DNA of 64,000 nucleotides from Octopus vulgaris (GCA_951406725.2 OX597820.1:118668001-118732000), one strand, 5' to 3'; shown: positions 39,850-56,403, counted from the first letter of the stretch. The notes: generated by a model not told the origin, from the sequence alone. Numbers and translations: made by a program.

Positions 39850-41150
39850 TCGTTGTGATTGGGAAATGGCTTACTAAATTTGGCGTGAGGTAGCTCTGTT
39901 TTGAAAGGAAGGAAGGAATCTGAGGTGTTAAAACCAGGCATCTAAACACTGGCCAATGGATTTCCTCGCAAATCAGATCACTAGGCAAACTCTCTTTTTG
40001 GTAAAATTCCTTAAAACTGCTGAAGTGGCAGAATACTTGTTTTAATTGGGGATTTTCCAATGATTTCAGTTTTGAACATGGTATATGATCTTCTTCCCAC
40101 GTTGCACACTTCATGAAGGGCGACGTTAGATAAATCAAAGTTCCTTTCAATATTTCTAGATCAACATTATGGCTCAGGTTTCGTCAGATCCTCTGTGGCT
40201 TTTGTTACTGTCTGACTGGAAGCAAAAGTCTTTACTGGTAACGCTTAAAATGTCATATGCAAAACTGCTCTTCATGTCCTCAAGCCTCTCACACCGAGTT
40301 ATGTTGATGAAGTAACCGTTAACTCGTTGCATAGATTAATATAATCTCCTAATTTTTCTCAATCAATGTTTCATAGAATCTTTCACTGGTACCATGTTCT
40401 TGTGATAACGTATCTGAAATATTCGTCTAAAAAGACTATCGTTAGCTTTAACTTATTTAGAAGAGTTCCATGGACGTAAATATTTAATCCAGATGTTTCT
40501 TGTTAGTGTGAATTGTGGTAAAGTGTTATGTATCCTGTTGGATTACTGCATGTCAGATAAGATTGCCAAAGCTATTATCATCATCTGTGAAAACGAAACT
40601 CTGTATAAATCACAAGGGGTCCATTTAAAGAGATTCCTGTGGCAGCAGGAAAGTTTCTGAAAAAAATTCTGGTTCCCTTTCTTTTGATGATTTTAATGGA
40701 TAATATCATTAGCTAAAAACTTGCCCATCCAAGACATAATGATTTGCCATCAAATAGAAGAGATCAAGATATGAGAAGAGCTTGCATCTCCCTTATGTTG
40801 TGCTCACAGCTTATTTGGTGTGTGATGTGCAACGGTCGTTGATATCCATTAAGTGTGTTGCAGCCAACGGTGATCTGTTTCTCGCTACACGATTCAAAGA
40901 GACCAGTAACTTCAAATTTGAGAGTAAGAAACACTTAGAGATGCACAAGTCACAACGTGGAAATCATGTACAGGTTTTCATACATTGACCAACTATTTTG
41001 AAGTTAGCAAAGCTGATCCTCTACAGGGCTTTCATAAAGCGCATTATTTACCATTAATCCGAAGCCTTGTCTGTTCGCCCTCATGATACGTAGCCCAGGC
41101 TTGTCATGGAGGACCAGAACATCTCATACTCAGCAGAATAGGATTCGCTA
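39850..41150 (-). pseudogene. Very decayed non-LTR RT region, possibly CRE-like
   Basis: Traces of TT*GDA (cf. GTTQGDP), FTDD, and a P...GL..P...Y..S..V..P..I-like C-terminal block. Heavily disrupted. Confidence 0.35.
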
Positions 41151-41193
41151 AGCTCCAGACCGACCTAGATGATATATACGAATATTTCCAATC

Positions 41194-41302
<109 letters not shown>

Positions 41303-41619
41303 TGCCATTCACTTGGATTTCATAGGCTGAAGCACGGTGCGTCAAGTTGAGTGGCTTCCAATGTTAATGGCAGACAAAAGAAACCCATGGTGTAGCCCGG
41401 AAAATGTCAGATCTCAGATTACGGGACGTTTATTTTTTATCCCATCTATGGAGCTTATTGCGTATGTTTGTAGATAATATTTGTGCACGAGAAGAGGAAC
41501 TGAGACCATTCAATAATAAAGAGAAAAGATGCCAGGAAAATTAAAAAAGAGCTCGTAATATATAATTAATGAGTACGACGAAATATTTATTGGAGACGAA
41601 CTAATTTAACAAACGATTT

Positions 41620-42010
41620 GCCGAATTGCAAAAGGTATATGAAATCCCCACTCTTGGAGTTTGAAGAGACTTAAAATGTTCTAAATTGCAAATAATTTCA
41701 CTGAGCTGATAATATTAAGTTGTAATGGTAAACAAATCTAATAGCTATGGGAAACCTGTGTGGAAATATCAAAATAGATTGGAGTAGCTCAACACACCCA
41801 CTTCTTGAATTTGCAATGAAATTTCATTCCACCGAATTGGAAATTTTAGAAACTAGATACAGTCTACAATATCAGATTTTCTCGCCATGGATGACCTAAC
41901 ATTGTATGTCAAGACGAAGGCATGTTTGAATACTCTTGTCGATACATTGATAGCTTCAGTTAGGACAACACGATGGGATTCGATATTTCAACGTGTAAAT
42001 TCCTTGTAAT
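41620..42010 (+). pseudogene. Decayed R4-type RT fragment
   Basis: PHSW and LAMDDLTLYVK...MGFDISTC motifs. Confidence 0.55.
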
Positions 42011-42059
42011 GGTCTATCAGTCTAGTTTTATTGAGCAAACTTTAGTCTTATCTTGTACT

Positions 42060-42425
42060 TGATCTTCACATTCCAGTTTCCTTGCATCACTCGCCATCCT
42101 GTGCATGAGCCCTTGACTCTTCAAATGATTTTCCTGTCCAGCTTTTCCATTTACTTGCCTCGCCTTCTGTCCCCTCATATGACTAAAGCCGTTGAATCCT
42201 GTTTATACCGGGTCAGTTTTCTTTTCTCTTCTCGTTGCAGAAAGATCCCCAGTTGTTGTGTGGGGTCAATGCGATGCTGGATTGTTTCTTGAAACCTCTC
42301 CGTGTTGGGGTCCAAATACGTGATGCTTAAGATACTGATGGGAGCCATCTAATTTCCAATACCTTCAAATTTCCCTTGGTCTCTGCTGCAGCAAATCATA
42401 TTTCGGATGTAAACGCGAAGATGGA
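42060..42425 (-). pseudogene. Decayed RTE ORF C-terminal fragment
   Basis: Traces of SE.W...KL.V.E.R...IL.I and G.RRRG..W motifs. Confidence 0.4.
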
Positions 42426-42467
42426 ATGAATGTACCTTGTACGCAGATGTGTTATTTCGTACACACA

Positions 42468-42510
<43 letters not shown>

Positions 42511-43291
42511 TATGTTAGGTTAAAAACCAAACACATGCTGACATTTAACATGGAAAAATGTGAGAAGAAAACTGCCATAATCATTCTGTCCTTTCACGAT
42601 TAGAGAAACCATCATGTGCATGTACATAGAATAAAACAGAATCGTAAGAATTACAGAACGAATAATCGACAGAATCGCAAAAGTTATAACATTTAAACAA
42701 CAAAAAGTGAAAAGAAAAAAAAAAAGGACAAAATTTCACAGAAACAAACAACCGTACATCACTAGACACATATACACACAATAACAGAAAAGCAAGGTAA
42801 AATTGTAAAAGAAATGATATCTCGCGAACAGATCAAAAGATCTTGAAAATATCTCGTGGAAAAGTTGCTGTCAGAATTTCATTAGATTTCTCTGTGACGG
42901 AATATTAACTAGGAGTGAAGAATTAGCAAGTCAATGGACGGGAAAACCATCTAAACAATCTACTATATGTTAATGATGGCCATCTCGCTATTGTTGTTTT
43001 AGTGTGGTTGCTGGTGATATTAGACTTGTCTTTTTTTTTTGTTTTGATGTTGTTGTTTTTTTGTTTTTTTTTTGGTGGTGATATTTCTTAAAAATATTCC
43101 TTTAGCTCTATGCTAATGCTATATACGTTGTTGTTGTTGTTGTTATTGTTGTTGTTGCTATCGTTGTTGCTTTGGTTGTTTATGTTATCGCTGTTGATGT
43201 TATTGCAGATGTCGCTTCTTCTTCTTCAACTCCTCGTCCTATCCCTCCTCCGTTTTGTCTGCTGCTGCTGCTGCTGCTGCTACTACTACTG

Positions 43292-43345
<54 letters not shown>

Positions 43346-43458
43346 ATGCTGCTGCCGGTTCTTCTAAAGTTTTATTTAACTGATGATAAAGTTTTAAATT
43401 TAGTATTGGAATCTGAATATTCTTGCATACACAGACACATACATATTTATATATACAT

Positions 43459-43525
<67 letters not shown>

Positions 43526-43659
43526 TGTGTGTGTGAGTATCTTACAAAATATTACATATATATATATATATGTATATATTGTTATAGATATAGTTGTGTA
43601 TATATCTATATAATAAATATATCGACTCAGGCATATATACACAAAAAAACACATATATA

Positions 43660-43726
<67 letters not shown>

Positions 43727-44237
43727 TATATAAATGTATGTATGTATATGTGTACGTATGTATGTATTTGCGTAGGCATACAGACATATATACACGCACA
43801 TATACATCCATACATACATATATATACATATATATACAAGTCTTCTCGCTGTTGATTTTCGTGTTACACTGTTTGTCTTCCGGTTATTTTGTTTTCTCAC
43901 TATGATAACGATTTACTCCGATGTACTTCTGTCATATCTGCCACTGTTTTTTTTCTTCTTTTTCTCTTTTCTGCTGGTGTTGATGGTAGAAGAGGTGATG
44001 GTAGAGGTGGTGTTGATGGCGACAAAGGATGGGATGGCATGGTTGGGGTGTACTCTTATTATTAGCATTGAGTTTCTTGTTTTTGATGATGCCATGGTTA
44101 TGTTCATCTAGAGACTTTTGTTTTACTGGTTTTGCTCTTCATACCGAAGATTATGATGAAAAAAAGAATAAGAACGATGGTGATGACAATGACGATAACA
44201 CTGCTGCTGTTTCTGCTGTTGAGGAGTGCTGCTGCTG

Positions 44238-44618
44238 TTCAGCGCAGCGGTCTTCGTCCCAGAGCTCGCAAGATCGCGCCTCTGTAGTGGGAGAAGTCCG
44301 AAACGTTGTCCTTTGCTATTCGTAAGACTCGCAGAAGAGAAAGCAGGTCAACCTCCGACACCGAGAGCATCGACGGATGGATGAATGCGCATCCAGGCTC
44401 AGCGGTTGCGTAAGAAGTTGGGGACAAGAAACAGGAAGAAAGAGTGAGAGAAAGTTGGGGAGAAAGAGTACAACAGTGGTCGCCACCACCCCCTGCCGGA
44501 GCCTTGTGGTGCTTTAGGTGATTTCGCTCAATAAACACACAACGCCCGGTCTGGGAATCGAAACCGCGATCCTCCGACCGCGAGTCCGCTGCCCTAACCA
44601 CTGGGCCATTTCGCCTCC
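44238..44618 (-). mobile_element. SINE family C, tail type 2, in (CTG)n
   Basis: Same head and body as 34388-34662 with a different 3' part ending CGCTGAA(CAG)n. Confidence 0.85.
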
Positions 44619-44995
44619 TGCTGTTGCTGCTGCTGCTGCTGATGGTGCTGGTGATGCTGATGGTGACGTTCTGTTCATAAAGCTTAGAGTTCACATCACA
44701 CCGAGGTTAGTTTTATCTGTCGTCCTCCAGAGTCGATGGAAAAACGTAATTGCCATTTAACTGGGATCAATATAATCGAATGTTTTTATCCCGAGAATAA
44801 CATAAGTAATCGATATTACGAAATAATTAATTGAGAAACTCTGCTTGAACTAATTTAATAAGAGAGGTATTTACGAAAAAGAAGAAAAAATAGTGTCGAG
44901 AAGTCATCAATTTAAGCAATGACGGTGATGATGATTATAATGATGATGATGATGATGTTGATGATGATGATGATGATGACGACGACGACGACGAC

Positions 44996-45032
<37 letters not shown>

Positions 45033-45357
45033 ATGATGATGATGAAGATGATTATGAAGAAGAAGAAGAAGAAGAAGAAGAAGAAGAAGAAGAAGAAGAA
45101 GAAGAAGAAGAACGTGCTGTGCATAATAGTGATAGTGTTATACCCCTCCCCCCCACACAAACATGTATATAATTACGTTCGTGATGTTTAAACTGGATAT
45201 TGATTGACCTCAGCAGACGTATATTTCTTTATAAACTCAAATGATATTTTGTTGGTTGTACCTTTGTATAGATAATACCATGTTCCTTCCGATAAGTTTT
45301 AATCTCCGTGAGTTCGTTTTAGTGAAGTAAGATGTCGTAGTATAGAGGACGTTATAG

Positions 45358-45788
45358 TCTTTACTGTCTTTTACGTGTTTCAGTCATTTGACTGCGGCCA
45401 TGCTGGAGCACCGCCTTTTAGTCGAGCAAATCGACCCCGGGACTTATTCTTTGTAAGCCCAGTACTTATTCTATCAGTCTCTTTTTGCCGAACCGCTAAG
45501 TAACGGGGACGTAAACACACCAGCATCGGTTGTTAAGCAATGCCAGGGGGACAAACACAGACACACAAACACACACACACACATACATACATACATACAT
45601 ATATATATATATATACATATATACGACAGGTTTCTTTCGGTTTCCGTCTACCAAATCCACTCACAAGTCATTGGTCGGCCCGTGGCTATAGCAGAAGACA
45701 CTTGCCCAAGATGCCACCCAGTGGGACTGAACCCGAGACTATGTGGTTGGTTAGCAAGCTACTTACCACACAGCCACTCCCGTGCCTA
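45358..45788 (-). mobile_element. SINE family A, full length
   Basis: As other family A copies. Confidence 0.9.
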
Positions 45789-46285
45789 TGTTTCCTAATT
45801 TTATAAAGAAGAAATTTTCAATCAGAGATATCAAATACGTTGACTAAATTTCCCAGCCCCGTATTGTACGGCACCGTCTTGCTCGAATATTAAGAGGATG
45901 TTAAGTAATAAACATGTTACGTTGATTTGTTTCTGTTTGTTATTCTTTCATAATTTATTCAAAGGAGGAATTGGTAATGTTTTCATTGTATTACTTCGAC
46001 GACGGTTAGAAGCAGGGAAAGCAGAAAGAATCGTATCCCTGTTCCCAATGTTTTCCAAAAAAAAACAAAAACAATGAATTTGTCAAAGTTGCCAAGGACG
46101 ACATGATCATGTTAAAATGAATGACGGACGTACTTTGGTGATTGATGATCGATTCATGAAAATTTAATAAATTAAACAAAATATTACTGCTGAAATATTC
46201 TCCCACCCCTGTTTGTCTGTCTCTCACTCTTCCGATATCTCTTTTGTTTTTGACCAGACACAATATCATTGTATTACGATTTGAA

Positions 46286-46680
46286 AGGCGGCGAGCTGGC
46301 AGAATCGTTACCGCGTCGGACAAAGTGCTTAGCACCATTCCCACCGACTTTCCGTTCTGAGTTGAAAAGCAACCGAGATCGAATTTACTTTCATCCTTTG
46401 GGGATGGATAAAAAATTGATGGCCTTGTGCCAGAATTTGAAACCATTATATATGATCTCCCGCTCCTCGGACCGGCGGGCCGGCAAGTAGTCGTTGGCAC
46501 CCCAGACAAAATTGCCTGAGTTCAAATTCTACCGAGGTCGACTTTGCGTTTCATCCTGTCAGTTTCGAAATCAGCACCAATTGATGAATTAAATAGCAGT
46601 TGCGTACTGGGGTCGATGTAGTCGATTATCCCGCCACTTCGAAACTGCTGGCCTTGTGCCAAAACTAGAAATGGTTATTT
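46286..46680 (+). mobile_element. Two diverged SINE family B pieces
   Basis: GGCGGCGAGCTGGCAGAATCG...; GAGTTCAAATTCTACCGAGGTCGACTTTGC... Confidence 0.65.
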
Positions 46681-47074
46681 ATTATTTCATCAATGACTTT
46701 TGAAATGTAAAAATAGGTGAACTGATTCAGAAATATGCGTAAGGCATTGTAGATATGCTTTCGGTAATAGAGTTATGGAAGAACTCTATGTAGAAATGTC
46801 AAGGCAGTGAAAGTAGATATCCACGTGTAGTACAAATTACTCCAGCAATTTAGAAATCGATTTAAAGCAGTAATGATTGTGTCTTAGAAAGAATGTTTTG
46901 ACACGTAAGTGCAATGCGGTAGAGGTAATGTTAAGAATATGTATTGAGTGGCTTATTTACGTGTCGAAACGTGCCACACGCATATTTGAACTAGTAAGAA
47001 CATTACAGTGAAGAATATAATTGTAGCAGAACTAGTGTCAGAAATTTAAATATATTGTAATTGAAATAGTTTTA

Positions 47075-47250
47075 AGAGGCTATACTCCACTACTACGGAC
47101 ATGTGGCTAAAATGTCGAAGGAAAGAATCCCAAGACAGATTCTTCAAGCGAAGCCAATCGGCTGAAGAGCTAGGAGTACACCAACTACGAGACGACTTGA
47201 TAATATCCGCAGTCGTAGGTGGTCATGCTTGGGAGTGCAACAGGAAAGTG
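47075..47250 (+). pseudogene. RTE ORF C-terminal fragment
   Basis: LHYYGHVAKMSKERIPRQILQAKPIG*RARSTPTTRRLDNI (cf. WFGHV.RM...R.P......G.RPRGRP..RW.D). Confidence 0.6.
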
Positions 47251-47728
47251 TAATAACAGTTACTTGTGATAAGCCCTATGGAGGAGGTACATGGGGACTG
47301 TAGTGGTGCAACCTTCTCAGCAATAGTCTGCAGAAAAGATGGATGGAGGGAGCATAACTTTTGAAACATAAGTGTGGTGTCCTTGAAATGAGTTTGGCGT
47401 AAGTGTAGTACCTGGGGATTAGACTTGAAGCTATAAGCGTCGTCTCCTACAAATGGTGCTTGCAATGTAAGTGTAATTTCTAAGAAAGTGTTTTAGACAG
47501 GATGTGTGATATCTTAGAAATTGATTTTGAAATATAAATATAAGAGTTTTTGCCAGAGTTTAGAAGTGTGAATATAGACATAAATGTTGCAGGAATGACT
47601 GCAAATAAAAATAAAATAGCTTGACTTCGCTGAAGCATATTCAATCTATAAACGTTGGTTTAGTTAAATAAACAATACAGAAGCACAACAGTCTTGCCTC
47701 TCTACATTGCTACAATACACTCAATATT

Positions 47729-48500
47729 AGGCGGAAACCTGGCTGTATCGTTAGCACGCCGGGCGAAATGCTTAGCGGTATTTCATCAACCGTTACGTTC
47801 TGAGTTCAAATTCCGCCGAGGTCGACTTTGCCTTCCATCCTTTTGGGGTCGATTAAATAAGCACCAGTTACGCACTGGGGTCGATATAATCGACTTAATC
47901 CGTTTGTCCCTTCTATGCTTAGCCCCTTGTGGGTAGTAAAGAAATAGGTATTTCGTCTGCCGCTACGTTCTGAGTTCAAATTCCGCCGAGGTCGACTTTG
48001 CCTTTCATCCTTTCGGGGTCGATTAAATAAGTACCAACTAGGCACTGGGTTCGATATAATCGACTTAATCCGTTTGTCTGTCCTTGGTTGGCCTCTGTGT
48101 TTAGCCCCTTGTGGGTAGTAAAGAAACAGGTATTTCGTCTGCCACTACGTTCTGAGTTCAAATTTCGCCGAGATCAACTTTGCCTTTCATCCTTTTGGGG
48201 TTGATTAAATAAGTATCAGTTACTTTATCTCTTTGTCTGTCCTTGTTTGCTCCCTCTATGTTTGGCCCCCTGTGGGCAATAAAGAAATAAATATTTGGGA
48301 GCTTTTGAGGCGGGGAGCTGACAGAATCGTTAATCACGTCCGACACAATGCTTTGACGCATTTCCTACGTCCTGTAAATTCAGTTTCGAATCCCGGCGAC
48401 GTAGTCTTTGCCTTTCCTCCTTTCGAAGTACCAACTAAGCTCTGGGGTCGAGGTAATCGACTCACTCACTTCTTTGAAAAGCCGGTCTTATACTAACATT
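47729..48500 (+). mobile_element. SINE family B head + three tandem bodies, then a further diverged copy
   Basis: Body restarts at GGTATTTC at 47777, 47947 and 48129. Confidence 0.85.
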
Positions 48501-48891
48501 TGAAACTACATTCGAAAACTATATTAAATGTAACATGAAGCAAATGGGCAGAGCAAGCGAATTCTGTTCACCGGGGGGCCGGGACTGCAAGCTGGGGTGC
48601 TTTTTGTTTGTATTTCCTCACACACTTTTTGCACAATCCGTCACATACCCATAAAAATATATATTGCATATCTGACAAATGATATACCCCCGCAGCACCT
48701 ATAATTAGAGACGAGTAAGAGTTATCAATATATTTACCAATACGTATTGCAGTCTTCCGTCTGAGGGTGCCGCAATTATAATAGAAAAGGAAATAAAAAA
48801 AAAAAACATAGTTGAAAAATCCACCATTAATTTTTTTCCCGCCGTTCAGACGTATTTCGTTTTTAAATATTTACACCATATATTCATTTTC

Positions 48892-49570
<679 letters not shown>

Positions 49571-50052
49571 AGTTATATTAGTAGCCGTAATAGTAGAAGT
49601 TTTATTGTTATTGTTGCTGCTGTTGTTGTTGTTGTTGTTGTTGGTGGTGGTGTATAGGATTTCATTATTTCCTATTACTCAGCTTTCATAGCCTCGCCGT
49701 TATCTTGTTCGCTTCTCTAATTGTACGATTCGATTATCATGATGAATTCATTTTTTTTTTCTTTTGGCTTTCTTTTTATTTGTCTTTGTTTTGTTTTTGT
49801 ATATCGAACTAAAAGAGCACCGTTAGCCATCTTTTGGTTTACTATTTCACGAAGAAAACAGCTAATTGGATATTATCTGGTTCCATTTCTATTTTACTTA
49901 TTTCCCTACCATACAATTGCTTTTCATATTAAATTAGTTCTTTGGGTTTTCCTTGTGGCGCCTTATCGTGCTACCAAGACAGATAATATGAATTGGTTGC
50001 CTGTCTTTTCTATTTAATTATAATAGTAGTAGTAATAACACTAATAATAACA

Positions 50053-50108
<56 letters not shown>

Positions 50109-50131
50109 TGTTTTATTACTGTTATTATTAC

Positions 50132-50191
<60 letters not shown>

Positions 50192-50840
50192 TAATTCACA
50201 TTACCTTTTTCTAAGTTAAATTCATTAACCTTACGTAGAATCACCATTACAATGTTCTCCGATTGAAGCAAGTTCCGACAATGTTATTGTCATTGTTATT
50301 GTTGTATAGCCTTCCCAATTCTCGTGTTTGTCCGTATCTCTATCATACTGGATCTACAATGACTCTGTTTATCGCACAGCGAGATTGTAGCATATCACGA
50401 GATAACAACAAAATGAAGCGTAGAATATCCTCTCTCAATGTCGTTTGATACTTTCAACGTACTTTAATCAAATTTATTTTCTAAGTATTTCCTCGTATTA
50501 ATTACTCAATCATTTTCGCTGTTATATCTGTTTACAAATCTTTATTATTAAAAATTTGCACCTGAACTTCAGAAGGGCATCATGGGACCAAAGCCAAGGC
50601 GATACAAGCAAGTTTACAATATAAGAACTTGGTTTATCCCCTCTCATGTTCATATCCTACAACGTGTGTTGTTTGTCTATGACCCAGTGACAAGAGCTAT
50701 TGCAGTTTATTTACGCTGAGTGTATGTACGATTCTGAAGCAGACCAAGAGACAAGTTACTCAAAGAATCATATAATACCTCTGAGTTCTTAAAACAATCT
50801 GTTTGTGTCAACGTAATTCTGATAAATGTACTTATCGTTA

Positions 50841-51088
50841 GGTTGGTTGGTTGGCATCCTTTCTGTCTCGGGAGACAATGGAGTTGCGCATAAAGTAGTC
50901 TAGTCCGGCTTTTATATTTCATGTCCTGATACATTTCCTGCTGTGGCTGTGTAGTCCTATCTTGGACAAACACTCCCTCTGGCAGGTACCGCAAATGTAG
51001 CGAAGACTGTTCCTGGCTGGTTGTAATGCCATAGTCTCTTGTTGACGTCTCTTCTTTTTCTTGGCCTGGTGCAGAGGTTGCAGGCCGT
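50841..51088 (-). mobile_element. RTE (BovB-like) 3' end with C-terminal zinc finger and (CAAC)n tail
   Basis: Minus strand encodes YICGTCQRECLSKIGLHSHSRKC. 3' UTR shared with ~37560-37646. Confidence 0.8.
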
Positions 51089-51474
51089 TAGGTAGGTAAA
51101 TCTAAAACATTCGGTATTGGCAATCTGCTTGTAGATAATCTAGGCTTAAAGAAGATTAGTTAAATTTTCATTAATTCGGATCATACAGTGTACCACAGGG
51201 AAAGCTAGTTTCATTTCTGGAACCTGAGTCCCAAATCCTGACCACTGAATTTACTTCAGCTCTCTCGTTTATAAACCTCAGTAAATTAAAAGAAACCCCT
51301 TCGGTCGATGTGTATCTGAAACTTAAAAATCAAGGAACTAAAATGTGTTCGGAACAAATTCAAAGCACCGATTCATCATTGTCAGACCTACTGCCAATCT
51401 GACGCTTTGTTAGCAGTCACATAGCACCACGAAGTACCGAATGGAGTGGGGAAATGTTTTCAAATATAGTATAT

Positions 51475-51708
51475 ATATTTCGTTACTACCCACAAGAGGA
51501 TAAACACAGAGGGGACAAACAAGGACAGACAAAGGGATTAAGTCGATTACATCGACCCCAGTGCGTAACTGGTACTTAATTTATCGACCCCGAAAGGATG
51601 AAAGGCAAAGTCGACCTCGGCGGAATTTGAACTCAGAACGTAACGATAGACGAAATACGGCTACGCATTTTGCCCGGCGTGCTAACGTTTCTGCCAGCTC
51701 TTCGCCTT
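51475..51708 (-). mobile_element. SINE family B, full length
   Basis: TSD ATATAGTATATA on both sides. Confidence 0.9.
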
Positions 51709-53265
51709 CAATATATAGTATATAGTCTATAACCTGTGAAGAGAAATTAAAATTCGATATTCAATATTTTATTCATTCTGCGGGAAAATGTGTAAGGAAA
51801 TGAAAGAAAAAATATGTCTAAGTTATGATCAATCATAGTTTTGTAATCCCTATTTAATTCCAGTAGTTCAGTATGTTTGATTTATATTTGTATAATTTCT
51901 TTTTGGAAGCAGATACTGTGGTAAAGCTGAGAAAAACTTTTGACCAAAAGATCCGTAATGCAACAAATAGGATGCTTGTGCAGGATTAAATTCAATACAG
52001 CTACTTACATGTATTTGAACTTATTCGTTCTGAAAGGATTTCAGAGTTATAAACACATGATGAACACACGTTTAGAAATAGAATTATCAACTCCGCTTCT
52101 CACTTCTCTACGTTAAATGTAATAAGGCTCCTAGGGGCTTGTTTCAAGGATGCTGTCGATGCTAGAGACGTAGCCTGCACCACTCCGCAATATGTGTTGT
52201 TGCACTAACTTAATTAGGGAAATTGTGACTCAAGCCCTTAAGTACGAACGAAAGTTGTCGAAGAGTTTGTTTATTCACAAAAGAAAAAACAAGACATATA
52301 ATAAACTGAACTGAACACAACAGAAAAGAATATAGCAACAGTGTAAAGTAAATGATGGAAAACAGCTGAAGGCAGGAGAGTCGAAGTGAACTCAGCAAAA
52401 CACTAGCATTGAGATACTTGATAAGAACTCGACAGGATTTTACATTTAGATAAATGTATATTGATTTCCTTCGACTAGACACATGACAGGTTATGTAGTG
52501 GACGTCACTCTATTGCTGCTACTTACGTGTATTCGCAAATAAGAGAAGTCTTCGTCCATGAGGAGAAGAAAGATTTGACGTTAAGAACAAGGCTCATCAT
52601 ATTCAATTGCTTTGATAATTTTAAATATTAATATCGGAATTGAAATTTATTATGTAGGAAACTAATATTAATAATGGAATCCTGTCAAAGGTAGTGGTTG
52701 AAATTACGAAAATCTCTTTACAGAACACCTACGCATATTTTATGAAGAACTTGTTTAAAAGCCTAAACAGACTACCGCTAGCGATTTCAAATTTGTCCTT
52801 TATCATAAACTTTCTATTTAGTTATGTAGATAGAAAACATTGAACTCTTGTAATTTTAGATACAAGACTACATGCGTAGAAGGTAATATATAAAAGAACT
52901 AAGACAGCAGACTCGTAGAATCGTTAGCAAGCTAGGCAAAATTGCTGGCCTTGGGACACAAGTTGAAACCAATATTATCTACAACCTCATCACCAAACCT
53001 CTTGGGTAAAAACCTGTATATTGATAAATGTACGCAGCAAGAATATGATTTATGTACTTACAACAACTTCTGTGTTGCCTAACAAAACCTATTTTATTCT
53101 ATAAATCTAGATAAACAGTAAATTCGTATGACTTACAAAAGTTTACAATTGAGGTTTACAATTGCCTCTCAGAAGTAATAATAATAATAATAAAATAATA
53201 ATAATAATTTACATTCATTGGCCACAAAACCACGTATGCATTATCTATGCCAAACTTCATTATTG

Positions 53266-53321
<56 letters not shown>

Positions 53322-53324
<3 letters not shown>

Positions 53325-53785
53325 GATAAGGATCAGACAAAAAAGATGTGTTTGGTAATTGACATGAGTATTCCTTGCGATTACAATATAGTGGCGAAAG
53401 AATTTGACAAGATTAGTATATATAAGGAATTGCTAATGGAAATTGAAAAAATGTTGCATCTCAAGGCGTCTACAGTACCAGTGATTGTAGGATCTCTAGG
53501 AATGATAAAAAAAGGTACTGAAACCTATTTGAAAATGATTCCAGGCTTACCATCCCTACAGGAAGTGCAAAAATCGTGTTGACTGGAACGGCTCACGTAC
53601 TGAGAAGAGCATTATTGCTGTGAAAACAACATCCATTCATGAATTTATTTATTTATTAATTTTCAAAATACATATTTTACCTGTGAATTTGCGTGTGTAA
53701 GGTGGGAATGCATACAATGAGCTTCTCTGCCCTAGGTGTACGGAAAACACTCGGCTAGAAACGGAAGAAAATTTGAAGAAAGAAG

Positions 53786-53787
<2 letters not shown>
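53322..53787 (+). mobile_element. R4/Dong-type 3' end (REL) between (AAT)n tracts
   Basis: KMCLVIDMSIPCDYNIVAKEFDKISIYKELLMEIEKM...PVIVGSLG. Confidence 0.85.
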
Positions 53788-53872
<85 letters not shown>

Positions 53873-53901
53873 TAATAATAATGATAATAATAATAATAAT
53901 G

Positions 53902-53987
<86 letters not shown>

Positions 53988-53988
<1 letters not shown>

Positions 53989-55382
53989 CCAAAATCAAAT
54001 GTACTGACGGACTAACGATACCGTCAGGGGAGGTTATGAAGCAGATAGAAGAGACGAGCTTTAAGTACTTGAGGATTTTGGAAATGGATAAATTGATGGA
54101 GAAAGAAATGACAGAAAAATTTGATGTGGAGTACTTGTGGCGACTGAGACTGATCCTTAAGTCGAAATTAAAAGGACGGAGTAAGATCGAAGCTATCAAC
54201 ACCTGGGCGGTTTCACTCCTTAGATATGGAGCAGGGGTAATCGCATGGACAGTAGACGAACTAAACAGTTTAGACAGACAGAGAAGGATGTTGCTAACTA
54301 AATATAGGTCACTCCCACCCAAATGTGACACAGACAGACTGTATGTACCAAGAAAAAGATGGGGAAGAGGACTGATTGGATGCGAACACAGCATTAGCGT
54401 AGAAGAAAACAACATAGCATGATATGTAAAAAAATGCCACAGAACCGGTTACTAGAAGTAAGAAGGCCAAGCTTGTGTGGGATGAAAGATTGCAAAGATA
54501 AAGCACTATACAAGAAATTGAAAACGAATGAAACTGAAATAGGTGGGTAAAGAAAAAAATGCTTGGTCAATTTCATAGGGATGTTGAAGATAAGACAGAC
54601 AGAGAAAAAGATGGTTGTGGATGACTAAAAGGGATGTAAAACCGGAAACGGAGGCTCTAATCGGTGCTGCTCAAGAGCAAGCACTAAGAACAAACTACAT
54701 AAAATACAGAATAGACAACACAGCAGAAAGTGATAAGAGCAGAATCTGTGGAGAAAACGGAGAAACCGTATGGCATATTACCAGCCAATGTACGCCACTA
54801 GCCCAGAAAGAATATAAGAGACGCCACAACAATATAGCCAGGCTTGTCCAGTGGACACTTTACAACAGGTATGGATTTGACAGAGCAAAACATTGGTACG
54901 ACCACAAACCTGAAGGCATCGTTGAAAAGAGAAATGTAAATATTCTACAGGATTTTATGAATCAGTGCGATCATGAGATAGAGAATAGGAAACCGGACAT
55001 AGTCTTAATTGAGAAAGAAAACAAACTATGCTGGATCATAGATATAGCATGCCCAGTTGACAACAAGGTATGCAATAAGGAAGAAAGAAAAGTTGAGAGA
55101 TATGACAGGTTAGCTTGGGAAGTTAAGCAATTGTGGTCGGTGAAAAAGGTAAAAGTAGTACCAATAATTGTCGGAGCCCTGGGAAAGTGAGCAAAAATCT
55201 CGAGAAGTACGCGGAACAAATAGGGGCTGCAATAAGGGTGGAGCAATTGTTGAAAACAGCACTGCTTGGAACCGGTCGAATACTGCGGAAGGTGCTCGAA
55301 AAATAAGAGTGTTACCTTAGTTCACTGGTAGTGAACAACTAACACTGTAGTACATCTACAGCGTTAGAAGCTGTGCAAAGGC
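53988..55382 (+). mobile_element. 5'-truncated R4/Dong-type LINE (RT thumb, CCHC, REL) between (AAT)n tracts
   Basis: FKYLRILE...AINTWAVSLLRY...DRLYVPRKRWGRGL; ETEALIGAAQEQAL; ETVWHITSQC; RKPDIVLIEK...IIDIACP. Confidence 0.9.
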
Positions 55383-55386
55383 AATA

Positions 55387-56403
<1,017 letters not shown>

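Noticed and set aside
47729-48290. Regularly spaced repeats that could be mistaken for a CRISPR array
   Set aside because: Whole 170-184-bp units repeat with no unique spacers, there are no cas genes, and the context is eukaryotic SINE DNA.
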